Positions 27,408 through 41,157 of a stretch of 64,000 nucleotides of DNA are shown piece after piece. Position 1 is the stretch's first letter. The number at the start of each line of letters is the position of its first letter. This DNA comes from Octopus sinensis (lineage: Eukaryota). Below the pieces are notes generated by a model. It saw only the letters and a program-made list of their open reading frames with translations, was not told where the DNA came from and ran no database searches. The stretch is from NCBI RefSeq assembly GCF_006345805.1, contig NC_043006.1:89652001-89716000 (forward strand), read 5' to 3'. The translations under genes and the position numbers were made by a program.

Positions 27408-27619
27408 TTCCTTCTACTATAGGCAGAAGACCTGAAACTGTGGGGGAGGGAGCTAATTGATTACATTGACCCCAGTGCATAACTGGTACTTATTTTATCG
27501 CCCCCCCCCCCAAGATGACAGGCAAAGTCAACCTTGATGGAACCTGAACTCAGAACAAAGGACAGATGAGATGCCACTATGCATTGTGCCTGGCATGCTA
27601 ACGATTCTGCCAGCTTGCC
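27408..27619 (-). mobile_element. Meta-type SINE between two (AAT)n tracts
   Basis: Meta-domain-like core and tRNA-like head on the minus strand. Confidence 0.75.
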
Positions 27620-27698
<79 letters not shown>

Positions 27699-27713
27699 CA
27701 TAATAATAATAAT

Positions 27714-29635
27714 CCACACATGAATCCTCGAAACACTAGCCATTAACAAAGTAGCACCAACAATCATAAAATTCATAGAGCACTCTATGAATAAATGGCA
27801 AACAGTCCTACACCTCCAAACAAAAGAGGGACTCATGAAAACCAAAGACATCCCCATTAGAAGAGGAATATTCCAGGGAGACACGCTCTCTCCACTCCTT
27901 TTCTGCTTGGCACTGTCACCTCTATCTGATATGCTAAATAGAACTGGATGCGGATATAAATGTTACGGCAAAACGATCAGCCACCTTTTATATATGGATG
28001 ACCTAAAACTATACGCTGCAAATGATAAACAGCTGGAAACACTATTAAAGACAGTTCATGGATTTACCAAAGAAATAGATATGAAATTTGGATTAGAAAA
28101 ATGCGCCAAAGTAACCATGAAAAGAGGAAAACTAGTTAAGAGCAACAACATCACACTAGATAAAACCAATGAATAAAAGAATTAGACCAAAGCCAAACTT
28201 ACAAATACTTAGGAATCCATGAACTAGATAAGACACAACACACACAAATGAAAGAGAAAATAAAAAAAGAATATTATAGACGAGTTAGATCAATACTAAA
28301 AACAGAGCTCAATGCTAAAAACAAGATAATAGGTATCAACACTTTAGCTGTCCCAGTTATAAGTTACAGCTACAATATCCTTAACTGGACACGAAATGAA
28401 CTGTCCAAAATAGATAGGAAAACAAGAAAAATACTGACAGGATCTAGGATGCATCACCCAAAATCTGACATAGAAAGACTATATATACAACGTATAGAAG
28501 GTGGTAGAGGCCTTATACAGCTGGAAAACTACTATAAAATAACCACCATAGGACTGCAAAAATACCTACTTCAGAAGGAAGGAAAACTGATCCAGATAGC
28601 AGCAAAACACGAGCAAAACAAAAAACTGTTCTCAGTATTTAAGGAAGCTGACAAATACAAACAAGAAATCATACCACCTAATAAACACAAAGAAGAAGAA
28701 GAAGAAGAAGCTATAAAACAAATGAAATCCAAACTAAAAATAGAACAGCAATGAGCCATGATAAAACGATGGCAAGAAAAGCCCCTTCATGGTAAATACT
28801 GCACTAAACTAAACGCAAAAGAAATAGACAAAGAAAAATCCCAGCAATGGTTGAGAAGCTCAGGACTCAAAGCAGAAACAGAGGGATTTTTAATTGCAGC
28901 ACAAGACCAAAGCCTCCCCACCAGAAATTACCAAAAACATGTAATGAAAAGAAATATTACAAGTAACTGCAGAATATGTGGAGATGGACAAGAAACAATA
29001 AATCATATTATCTCTAGCTGCCCAGTCCTGGCTAAGAAGGAATATATTCACAGACATGACAGAGTTGGAACCTACATACATTGGAAGCTATGCCAACATT
29101 ATGGAATAACAACAGAAAAAAGATGGTATAGGCACACACCAGAAAAGGTCACAGAAAACGAGAAAGCAACCATACTCTGGGATATGCCGATACACACAGA
29201 TAGAGAAATTAAGGCCAACAGACCAGATATAGTTGTCAGAGATCATGAAGAAAAAAAATGCTTTCTAATTGATGTATCAATACCGGCAGATGACAACGTG
29301 TCTCTAAAAGAAATGGAGAAACTCTCAAAATACAAAGACCTGGAAATAGAGGTAACTAGAATGTGGAACCTGAAAACAGAAACAATTCCTATCATAGTAG
29401 GTGCATTAGGCATGATAAAAAAATATTCAGACAAATACATAACAAAAACACCAGGACTTACAAACACATATAACATACAGAAAATTGCACTACTAGGCAC
29501 TGCACACATCCTACGCAGAACACTTTCCATACAATAACCATCAGAGCATCACAACAAATCACAGCACATACCCAAGGCACACAGAGCTGCGCTCGGTAGT
29601 GAAGTGAAAGCACGCTATAAAAATAAAACTACTGA
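27714..29635 (+). mobile_element. Young 5'-truncated Dong/R4-clade LINE (RT, CCHC, RLE) inserted in (AAT)n; one frameshift and one nonsense codon
   Basis: GIFQGDTLSP, HLLYMDDLKLY, CRICG..ETINHIISSC, RHDRV and RPDIVV..IDVSIP; frameshift near 28172; in-frame TGA at 28752-28754; AAT tracts on both sides. Confidence 0.93.
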
Positions 29636-29654
29636 ATAATAATAATAATAATGA

Positions 29655-32270
29655 TAAGGGGAGTAAAGAAGAAATTATTGAAGCAGTGAAAATGCAGGGA
29701 ACCTTAAAAGTAAACAAAGCCATAGATCCAATACAATTTAAGAAAGGCCAGAGAGAGTAGATGAAGAAAATTTGGTGGGACAAGAAAAATGCACAGTCAG
29801 TTCTTGTAGAATAAAGATGAAATTGATTGGAATAGAACCTGACAATGGCTACAGAGGCATTAGTGTGCAATGCTCAAGAACAAGGTCTCAGAACAAACTA
29901 CTCCAAATATCTCATTAATAAAAGCACTGACTCACCACAAGGGAGGATGTTTTCTGAGAAGGGAGAAAGTATAAGCCATATTGTTAGTGAGTGCTGTAAG
30001 CTCGCACAGTGCGAATACAAATGGAGACATGACAATGCGGCAGAAGAAAGCCACCAATTTTGGAATAACAGCTGGAGGCAAGAAGTTTCCTACTACCATG
30101 GTGCTGAATGGATTCATTCCATGAAATCTGATCTCCATCACCTGGAAACTCCATGACAGGACCATGTGAGCATAACAACAGAAGATGTCATTGCACAGGT
30201 ATCAAAACTGCCAAACTGGAAAGCGGCAGGACCAGACGGAATTCAAGGCTACTGGCTCAAGTGGTTTAGGTCAATACACAAGAGAATTGTGTTGCAATTA
30301 GACAATCGCCTATAGAGTGGTGCAGTTCCAGAGGAAAGACAACTTGTTAATGAAAGATCGGTCAAAAGGCAATGAAACTGGCAATTACCGACCCATTGCT
30401 TGTCTTAACCTCTTACAGAAAGTATTAACAGGTATCCTCACAGGGAAAATATATCTGTTCCTTGGGGAAAACAATCTACTTCCAGTAGAACAAAAGGGAT
30501 GCCGAAAAGGATCGAAGGGCACGAAGAACCACCTTGGGATAGACAAGGTTATAATGAAGAACTTTAAATGGTACCATAAAAATCTATGCATAGCCTGGAT
30601 AGACTTCAAAAGAGCTTATAACATGTTGCCACATTCATGGATTTTGGAAACACTCAACATGTGTGGAAAAGCTGAGAATGTGTGTGCACAGATTAAGAAC
30701 AGCATGCCTAGTTGAAAAATATGTCTTTCCTGTAACAACCAGCATTTAGTTGAGATAACAATCAAAAGAGGTATCTGTTATTTGTTATAGCCCTGATCCC
30801 ACAGTCCTGTGCAAAGTCAATGTGCACTATGAGCTGAGAAAGAATGGACCTCATCTCAACCACCTTCTCTTCAGGGATGATTTCAAACTGTTTGCAAAAA
30901 CAGAGCCTAAAGTGGAAAGGCTGGATGAAACTGTGCAAATGTGCATCAAGGATATAGGGGTGGAATTTGGTATCTTGAAGTGTGTGGTGCTTACTTTGTA
31001 GTGGGGGAAAAGAGTAAATTGTAGGGGCATAGAATTGCCAAATGGAAAGAGAATTCCGTCTGGTCCTGCCGCTTTCCAGTTTGGCAGTTTTGATACCTGT
31101 GCAATGACATCTTCTGTTGTTATGCTCACATGGTCCTGTCATGGAGTAAGACCCGGATGATGATGGGTACAAGAATCTTGGGATCCTTGAGCTGGACAAT
31201 ATCTTGCATAGAGAAACGAAAGACAAGACCATCACTGCATATTTCAAGCACCTCAAACTTCTCTTGAAATCAAAACTCAACTCCAAGAACCTCGTGACTG
31301 CCATCAACTGTAGTCCACTATAATGCTCCCATCCTGAAATGGACACAAGTGGAGATTGACCAACTCAGTCGCACTACCCAAAAGACAATGGCAATGTATG
31401 GTACCCTCCACCCTAAGGCGAATGTACACAGGCTCTACATGAAGATGGGTAAAGGTGGGCGTGGGCTGATTAGCATACAAGAGTGCATCAACAATGAAAG
31501 AAGAAACATGGCAGAATATTTGGTAAACAGCAAACAAGACCATCATGAAACTAACAACTTAAAAGACTAGGAAGCATCATGGAGGTGGCTTAACAAGGAT
31601 GACTAAAAAAGAATACTGAAAACCTAATCATCACTGCCCAGGACTGGGCATTGAATACCAACTCAGTGCAACAAACCTCTGAAGAATGTGTGGGAAGAGG
31701 GTCGAAAGTGTGACTCACATTGTTAGTGCTTGTAAAAGTCTTCCACAGAAAGAGTACAAGTGTAGACATGACAAGGTAGCCCCAAACCTCTACTAGCTAC
31801 TATGCCATAAGTATGAATATGAAGTTATGGGTACCAACATGCACAAGAAAAAGTAATGGATGAAAAGGGGAATGTGGAAATCCTCTGGGATGTTGATTTC
31901 CAGACAGACAAGGTATTAGAGAACTGAAGCCTGGATATAGTAATCTTTAAAAAGGACAAACAAGAGTGCCTCATAATTGACGTGGTAGTGCCAGGAGATC
32001 AACATATCATCATGAGAGAAAGAGAAAAAGTTGGTAAATATGGAGGCCTGAGAATTGAGATCACTAGAACATAAAGGTTGTTTCTATTGTCATCAGAGCA
32101 TTGGGTTCGATACCACCCAATCTGAAAAAGAACATCTGAAAACTTTAGAAATACCCTACAATCTAGGTGTATTGCAAAAGTTGGCATTACTTGGAACTGC
32201 ATTCATATTGTGTAAAGTACTGTCAGTCTAAGGTCCTTGTTGTGACTTGACAGACAGTACAAACCTCTGG
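29655..32270 (+). mobile_element. Older R4/Dong-like LINE material, decayed, carrying a 97-bp inverted templated insertion
   Basis: PNWKAAGPDGIQGYWLK, NYRPIACL, EQKGCRKGSKG, WIDFKRAYNMLPHSWI, LHPKANVHRLY and PDIVI..IIDVVVPGD. Confidence 0.85.
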
Positions 32271-35034
32271 TAGACATAATAACTTCAATCAACAACAACA
32301 ACAGTAGTAGTAGTAGTAGTCTCAAGCAGCAGTGCTAGAGTAGAATATATTTTTGAGTTATTCCAATAAATTTAATGAAGTATATAACTTGCTTAATACT
32401 TTTGGATATGGCAATGTTACTAAATAAGTTCAACACATTCTTCAGAGGATAAAGTCTTGGAGATATATAATTCCATTGGATTACAACTGTCATGGAGAAA
32501 ATGACATCTTTAAAAATCTCATGTCATCAAAGTAAAGACATTAAGATCTTTCCTAGTGATTGAGATATTTAATTTTTCTTTTTCGTTTTTAAAATTTTAT
32601 TTTATAGATCTTCAGGACATGATAAGAAACAGAACAGAAACTGACAAGTTAATTAAAATAATACAGAAGTTAATTTTCAACTAATAATGAACACAGTTTG
32701 CCTGTATCTAAGAAAAATAGTGTGGGTGGGTGAAGAGGATGAAGAGGATGTAGAATAACTGACTGATATATTATAGTTTACAGTTGATGAACAGGCAGTA
32801 GTATACTAGTTTTAATTTAATCTAATAGAAAGTAGTAACTTCCACTCAATGAAGAATTTAGGTTGATGAACTTCTGACCCACATGACCATGTGTTCCAAC
32901 CCAAGTATGGCTATTATGTTGGACTCCTGGAAAGTACATAACTTCTGCAGGACTTCAGCTTCTTTTCCTATTTAACTATTGCTATAACAAAACCTGTCCA
33001 CCCACATCAGCTTAGAATATGCTGAAACTGAATATAAAAACTGATGCATGTCAGTTTGCAAAAAACAGTGGAAGGGAAGTTAATCCAAAGTTCAATGGAA
33101 TTGATCTCTCCAGAATTGTTTTTATATTAAACTCAAGTCAATGAAAGCATATAATCAGGAATTGCTCTTTAAGCTTTTAGTCAGCAAAGAAGACAGTGCC
33201 CATGACCCTTTACAGAGCCTTTGAGATTGGTGATCAGGAGAGGGTGCTTAGAGTAGAGTGGACTCTGCTAAAAGAACCCAATGTACCAGGGATGTATTAC
33301 TCTAAGAGTGCGATCCAAACTGAAGGAGCTGATACTTGTCAATATCATTACAAATTATTTCTTGATAAAGTGTCCTCATTAACTTGGCTTCTAAAATCAA
33401 AGCAATCTAGACCAAATTATTTAAGTATATTTACACATAGCTTCTATCATACAGTGTGTACAATAAATAAGGTAAATGTTTTTGTTTCAAATTGTTAGAC
33501 CAGACAACCCACAGAAGAATAAAAGAACTGAAGTAAAATGGTAAACGGTAAAGTAACAATAAAAAAAAAATCAATGAATGCTTTTACAATATCAGTTTAT
33601 CGATTTCTTTCTGGCTTGACCAACATATTCATTTGGCATTTTTTTTAGCTCTCATTGAGGAAAATGTTAATGTGCCTACAAGATTAATTATAATTAACTG
33701 GTTCTCATAGATCAGAAGGGATACTAAACACAGAAGCAGACAATCTAGTTTAGATTAGTTCATAGATGTGAGTCATGAAAAGATATGAACTGTTCTTAAG
33801 AACAAATTCAATTTAAGATTTCCTAAGACCAACTGATAGAATGTAAATGATAACAGATATTGATCAGGTAAATATAGACAACTAAGTCATAGATATTGTT
33901 TTAATAGTTATAAGAAAAAGCTTCCGATATTTTGCTCTGTACCTGTGAGAATGTCATAACCCAGTGTGTCACAAGGGACCTCACTTGAAAACTTCTCACT
34001 TGTGGCCAACCAATTTGTCTCTAAGTTACACAAATAAAAACTTTTGAAGACACCACTACAAACTGGAAATATTTGAAAATTAGAAACTTAGTTCCAGCCA
34101 TTTATATTCTGAGTTCAAAGCTCCCCAAGGTCAACACTGAATTTCATTCACCTGGGGGCAGAGACTGCTTACAAGTTCTATGTGTTGTCATTTAAATTTT
34201 CAGTGCTTAAATTGGCACACAGTTCATGGCATTTACTTTCAGCCAGAATGGGTGTGCTGTTTTAAAGTTAGGCATTTTTGGTTGTGGGCATAGAACTGTG
34301 CCAGTGTTGGGTGATGAAGCTTGAATACATTTAGGTTTAAGGATCTATTAATAGAGCAAAATAAACTTCATGGGTAATTGCAGAGCCTATCAGCACACTC
34401 TACAATGAATTGTCAATTGGTGAGATGAGGCACTAGTTAAGTGATCAGGTCAATGTGGATGTCTGTAGCAATATCCAAGGAATTCTAAATTGCACAGGCT
34501 AACACTTATACTTACTTAACCATGACACTGGCCACCTCTCAACCATTGGTGTTCTCTCCAAAAGCACAAAAGGAGCCTCTCATTTTCTAGCTCAGAACTC
34601 TGCCCTGCAGGGTATAAAACTATCAACCTCCACTTCCTTTATCATGACCCTCTCGCTACTTCTATGCCAAGTGTCCCTTTTCTCTTGTTCCTTCAATTAA
34701 AATTATCTTAGATCTGTTAAGGGTGGAGTGTAAATGTTACAAAAGTATATACAAGCACATGGGTAAGTGTGTGTCTCCTACTACATTCCTATCTTTGCGT
34801 ATGTGCCTTGAAATATTACGCATGTGACTGTAAATGAAAGCATTAAATCTAAATTGAATCAGTCAGAACCTGTCTCCTCTCTGAAATTAAAAATTAATGT
34901 TCAAGACATAAAAAAATCCTTTTTGTCTTACTATACTGTGTTAGCCTGTACTTCACTATATGTCCTTCATGCAGAAGACATTCCTGAGAAATTCTCCACT
35001 GCCATTATCTTAAAGTCTGGTTATTGCATTCTAT

Positions 35035-35140
35035 ACCAGTGCTACTCAAAGTGGTGGTTCACAGACCGGTGCTGGTCTGTGAGCCATCAGCTGCTGGTTT
35101 GCAGTAAGTTTCCAGAAAAGAAAGAAACATTATAAAATGC
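35035..35140. mobile_element. Possible hAT-type MITE end
   Basis: CAGTGCTACTCAAAGTGG..CAGACCGGTGCTGGTCTG resembles hAT/Charlie-type termini (from memory); no partner end found. Confidence 0.3.
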
Positions 35141-35875
35141 TTTTGTAATATTTGTATTATTTGTTTACAAAATAAATATAAGACAAAAAAGAAATTGTCA
35201 ATGTTTATTATATTAATTATATATATATTGTTTCCAGTATAAATTAATATTACTAAGAAATTTTTCCGGTCCCTGACACCCTGGAAAAAAAACACTGTTG
35301 TAAACTATGCTTTACTGAGGAGATTTAATAAAACTGAAACATGTCTGGAGTTGTTACATCAAGATGCTTTTAAGCCATTTTCACAACCAAAGAGGAGTGG
35401 AGAAGTAGTCTTGCATTCCCATCACAATCAAACTTATCAAGGCTGCCTTTTTGAGGAAGTACTACTTTATGGCTGGGAGCCTTTTCTCTTGTCCACCCTT
35501 TTTAGTTACCTCTTTCGGCAAGCAAAATTTGAGTGCAATGATTTTTAAACTGCTGCAAATATTCACCAACACCAACACCTTCACTATCATTCTCACCACC
35601 ACCACCACCATTTCTGTTGCCATCATCACCTCCACATTCATTTTGTTTCTGCTTTCCATCTGATACGGGGTTGAGTGGTTACACAGAATCCAACAGATTA
35701 TAATACTCTGTCTTGCTTCAGTGTCTCAGTTCTGTCAAAATTCCAACGGCCAGATGTCGAGTGCTACTGAAATGGCCTCAACATGTGATATATGCAAAAA
35801 AGCTAACTTGCTATTAAAGAGTGAACAGGAGAGTTTCAATTTGGTCACTGCCCACAATGGATGTTACAGTCCTAG

Positions 35876-36095
35876 GTACAAGGTGCCACATAAAAAGCAT
35901 TCATGCTGGTGCTGTGTAAAAACCACCCAGTACACTGTGAAGTGGTTGGCATTAGGAAGGGCATCCAGCTGTAGAAACCATGCCAAAACAAACAATGGCA
36001 CCTGGTGCAGCCCCTAGCCTTGCCTGTTCCGGTCAAGACGTCCAACCCATGCCAGCATGGAAAATGGAATTCAATGTTAATGATGATAATGATGG
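35876..36095 (+). repeat. SINE/LINE 3'-tail fragment (GGAAGGGCATCCAGCTGTAGAAAC...CAACCCATGCCAGCATGGAAAA, ending in GAT repeats)
   Basis: RTE-type tail-like sequence ending in (GAT)n. Confidence 0.5.
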
Positions 36096-37379
36096 TGATA
36101 TACTACATTTGAAAACAAAAGATAACATGGTCTTGATCCAAATACCATTAATCATTCACCAAAGTCTTCCTTAATTAGGACTGGCCTGGGGTTAAATAAA
36201 ATCACCAAGGTGTTATGAATATTGATCTCAAATATCAATGTTGTAATACAATAACAAAAACAACAACAGCTCCATCATCAACCTAATCATCACTGGCATT
36301 GTTGTGTCTGCTTTACTGTGCAACTTATACAGAAATCTAACAAAAAAAAAAAGCTATGTTTTCAGACAAATTAATTTTTTTCGATATTCTGCCTTTCATT
36401 TATTGATACCTGAAGCTAAACAATACATTTTCGAATATTTGGTAATCTTTAAATCAATGCAAGCTATATATTCTACTGAGTACAATATTGTCATTGAAAT
36501 TAAATGAAATATTAATAAAATATGGACAGAGAGGACTTCTTAGCCCTGCAAGGTATAAGGTAACCTCTCTGGTGTTGGTGCAACAATAAAAAATATCAAG
36601 TACATATTGTAAAGTGACCTGTATTTGAAAAGAGAGAAAATAGTTTAAAGAAGTCCCTTTAGTCTTATTGAGGATATGATAATCTCTCTTGTATGATAAA
36701 AAAGATGCAGCCCATTCTGTGAAATGGTTGATGTTATGAAAAGCATCAAGCCATGAAAACCATGATGCCAAAAATGAAATGAACAAATGAGACATGATTC
36801 TTCAAGCCATCAAAGAGGCTAGTAATACCCAACAAGATCTGAACTGCAAACTATCCAACACACATGCTAGCATAGAAAACAGACATAAAATAATGAGGAT
36901 TTATAAACACACACCCACACGTATCCACCACAAGGTGCAGTCCTTGATGTGGTGTGGTGGCTTGTATGCCTCACTGAGACTTTGAGCTTATACCAGTGGA
37001 GTGCAAGTTCCGAGAAAGGCCTCTATGTTGCACAGACCAAAGGATAGAGACCAGACTGATATGGCTAGCTCTTTCCAAAGGTAAAAATGAGTTTGCATAT
37101 GACCAACACCTCTATCCAGGACAAAAGAAAGTTACAGAAGCATCCATAACAATTTAAACTAACAAAACTTGGGAGACGACTGTCTTTTGTTTTCTCTTCA
37201 TTATCCAATTGGAGAGAAAGTAAACAAGACAGCGCAGAGTCAAAAACAACAGGAGAAAAGTCGTCGATGGCCTTTGCCTTATAGAGAGCAGAGTGCTCAA
37301 GTAAGTATATCCATACACACACACAATATACATACATACATATATATGTATATATATATATATACATAGTATATTTGCC

Positions 37380-37685
37380 ACCTAAATGTGGAAACAATGT
37401 TACTATTGTTTATAGCCCCAGGAGGACATCTCCTTCAGCTTGCTAACGACACACTGTCTGTGTCTTATGAGTATTTGTGAAGGGAAATCATCATTCCCAT
37501 CTCTAGCCTTAAGTGATACATGCAGACCCGGGTTTCTGGGTAGTAACCCATCTTCAGTGTATGATAGTCACCAGCAAATACTCATAAGACACACACAGTG
37601 TGTCATTAGCAAGCTGGAGAAGGTGTCCTCCTGGGACTATAAACAACAGTAACATTGTCCCCTATGGGGCCGCTACATTTAGGTT
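37380..37685. mobile_element. Foldback MITE with 84-bp arms
   Basis: 37394-37477 versus 37575-37658 reverse complement, 7 mismatches; outer CCTAAATGT / ACATTTAGG. Confidence 0.7.
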
Positions 37686-38472
37686 GCAAATATACTTCAC
37701 AATTCCGTGCTGCTACTGTTTACTTCTTGCTCAGAGATTTAATATTGCTATATATATATATCCATTCATTTACTTTTACATCTTTTCCCATGCTAGCATG
37801 GGTTAGATGAATATATTATTCAGGCATTGTTTTTACACCTGGATGCTCTTCCTCTCACCAACCCACTAACCCAATTTGGTTTTTCAAGTAAGGGAGCTCT
37901 TATAAGAAATAAGAGAAAGCACAGATGCAGCAGCAGATTTGATGAGATGGGAAATAACATCACAGCATGTAATTCAGTGATTTTTTTAGAGAAGTGCATA
38001 CATGCATAAATAGATAAGTAAATAAACAAATGCATAAATGCCTGACTGTCAGTCTGGATAAGCTTGGATTTTCACTCAGGTTTAAAATGTGACATTGTCT
38101 TTGTTACCTACATTCCATAGATGGAGCTTTGCATCTTTGTTAGAAACCAGCTCCTTCTTCAGAGGAAGAATTCAAATGATTTAAAGAAAAAAACAAACAC
38201 AAGTCAATGAAAGTGCTTCAACCTGTTGGAAACCGAACTTAGATCTTCCTCAAATTCACCCTGCTATCTTCAAAACTAAAGCATGCATTGCACATTATAG
38301 TGTTAAGTACATTATGTCTGAATAATACAATGGGATGGTCACAGCCTGCTTACACGAACTGACCAAGGGCTGAACAACAATAACGCTATTTAATTAAAAA
38401 GTGAAGATAATTTTAACCTTGATAATTAAGTCTACTGTAAAAATACTTCATTATGATACATACATATATATA

Positions 38473-38539
<67 letters not shown>

Positions 38540-38941
38540 TATATATATACGTATCTATTCTTTTATGGTTTCAGTCACTGGACATCTGCCATGCTAACTC
38601 TTTCATAGAGCTTACAAAAGTATATTAACAAGAGAATTTATTTCAGTCTCATAATTATTTTATTGGTAACACTCTCACACACACACACACACACATACAT
38701 ACCTAAAGGCATAAATATATAATCATCATCATCACCATCAACATGTACATTTCCACGCTCACATGGGTCAGTCAGAGTTTGTCAAAGGAGTCTTTCTCTG
38801 GCCAGAGGTCTTTCCTGTTTCCAAGTAAGGTAATATATTCCCTTTGCCAGACTTTATTTCCAGAAAGACTGGAAATAAACGACGCAACTTGTAAGACTAC
38901 GATGCTCAATAACAACCATCAAACCATGTCAAGACAAGAGG

Positions 38942-38979
<38 letters not shown>

Positions 38980-40335
38980 GACAGACTTCTTTTTGTATGC
39001 TGAGGTAAAAATACCCACTGTGAACGCTGGTATGGCACACGACATCAAAACTACTGTTGCACATGCTATTAGAACTACGCTTAAAACCCATATTTTTAAG
39101 TTTAACAACAAACTGTATAAACAGGTGAAAGGCGGTGCTATTGGAGTAGGGATCGCCGGTGATGTTACTAACCTCTTCATGGTGGGACAGACAGTTTAAA
39201 CAGTGCCTAGTGACCCGTAACATCCACTTAGCTATGTACTCTTGATATGTTGACGTTGACGACATTAACCTTGTCGTGAAATGTAATAGTAATACAGACA
39301 CAGATATAGACTCTCCACTAAATGAAGAACAGGTGATGACAGCTATACAACACATAGCTGACTCTATCCATAGCAGTATAAAAGTTACCGTAGACTACAC
39401 CCCAGTAATAGATTACCTGTCCTAGATACTGAGCTGTAGATAGAAAATACTATGGCTAACGGGACTGTTAAACCCTGTATACTCCATTCACACTATTGTA
39501 AAACTATGGCTAATCCACTGGTAATCCGTAGTGACTCAGCGATGGTGAGTACTACCAAGATCAACATCCTGGTGGCAGACTTAGAGTACTGAGGAATGTA
39601 TCCCCACTATGCCAACCACAAGAACAACAACACATCCAGCACTTCATATTCCGAATGCAACGTCCCGGATACACACAATACGATAGAATCAGAGTGTACA
39701 AAGGAGCAAAAACAAGATTCGAACGCATTCTAAGAGATGACAAAAACGGTATATGCCCCCTATACCGCAACAAGCTCTGGAATAGGTTAGAGAGGGACAC
39801 CAACAAAAGAAATAAAACCAATACTTGGTATGATAACAAGAAATTTCACAGTGTAATATTTGTTGTCGCCACACCTAAGAACGAATTAAGTAAGGCATTT
39901 AAGAAAATCCTGCGTACAACTGGCCTTAAGATCAAAGTTGTAGAAAAGACAGGTAGGACTATCAAATCTGTATTATGTAGATCATATCCATTTGATAAAA
40001 TCATGTGTCAAAATAATTATGCAGTATGTTCTACAAACCCACATGTGAACTGTAAAACCAAGAACACTGTATACCAAATTAAGTGCCGAGAAAGAGCTTG
40101 CGTGACTAATCCAGAGTCATACATAAGTGAGACTTCTAAGGAGTATCAATGATAGGTTCAAAGAACACCTGGACAACTACATTGCAAAGAAACCAAACTC
40201 CATCTTCTATCAGCATGCTGTAGACTGCCACAAGGGATTAAATTAAACATCTTATCCACACATCCCACGGATGTAATGCTGAGACAGGTCACTGAAGCTG
40301 TCTGTATACAAGAATACAAACCCACACTCAACGTT
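38980..40335 (+). mobile_element. 5'-truncated Penelope-like element (RT C-terminal part plus GIY-YIG), related to the 45428-48490 family
   Basis: FKFNNKLYKQVKGGAIGVGIAGDV, RMQRPGY, NTVYQIKC...YISETS and LRQVTEAVCIQEYKPTLN; ends at (TA)n. Confidence 0.85.
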
Positions 40336-40353
40336 GTCCTTGAAAATAGTGTC

Positions 40354-40398
<45 letters not shown>

Positions 40399-40541
40399 TG
40401 GATAAGCGTATATGTGTGTATACTTTAAGATTATACGTATATTTGTGAGTATGTGTAAGTGTCTATATGATTGTGTGTACTTGTATATATGTATAAGGTT
40501 ATATGTGCATATATGTATCTAAGGCGTTGTATCCAATCACC

Positions 40542-40773
40542 TATTTCTTTACTGCCCACAAGGGGCTAAACACAGAGAGGACAAACAAGGACAGACATAC
40601 GGATTAAGTCGATTATATCAACCCCAGTGTGTAACTGGTACTTAATTTATCGACCCCGAAAGGATGAAAGGCAAAGTCGACCTTGGCGGAATTTGAACTC
40701 AGAACATAATGGCAGACGAAATACGGCTACGCATTTCGCCTGGCCTGCTAACGTTTCTGCCAGCTGCCGCCTT
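40542..40773 (-). mobile_element. Intact Meta-type SINE with a 13-15 bp target-site duplication
   Basis: GTATCCAATCACC at 40529-40541 and 40774-40786; core GTCGACTTTGCCTTTCATCCTTTCGGGGTCGATAAATTAAGTACCAG on the minus strand. Confidence 0.88.
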
Positions 40774-41157
40774 GTATCCAATCACCATTAGACGGTGGTG
40801 AGAGGGACAAACGCACACACATATATATGTGTGTGTCTATATATATGTATATGTGTGTATACTGAGGGATGACATCAGCAGCTGGGGAGCTGATCGGAAG
40901 GGGCAGCCGAGACGCACGCGCAGCGAGCGGGGATTTCTGCCTTTCAAGTCAGGTCGTCGAGGGGTTAAGACGGGTGATTCACGTTGTTAAGGTTGGGTGA
41001 AGCAGCTGCTATCTCTAGCGTTCAGGTCGGGCTGTGTCGAAGGATCCGTTACCGTTGAAGGGTCTCCATCAAAGCAAAGAGAAGGTAGGTGCCTTTATTT
41101 CGAATCTCTCGCTTACACCACAAGCTATTTCGGCGCTCCATATAAGTCGTCGCCACG

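Noticed and set aside
33196-33498. 100-aa ORF MPMTLYRAFEIGDQERVLRVEW...
   Set aside because: No recognisable motif or convincing splice pair; this length is attainable by chance.
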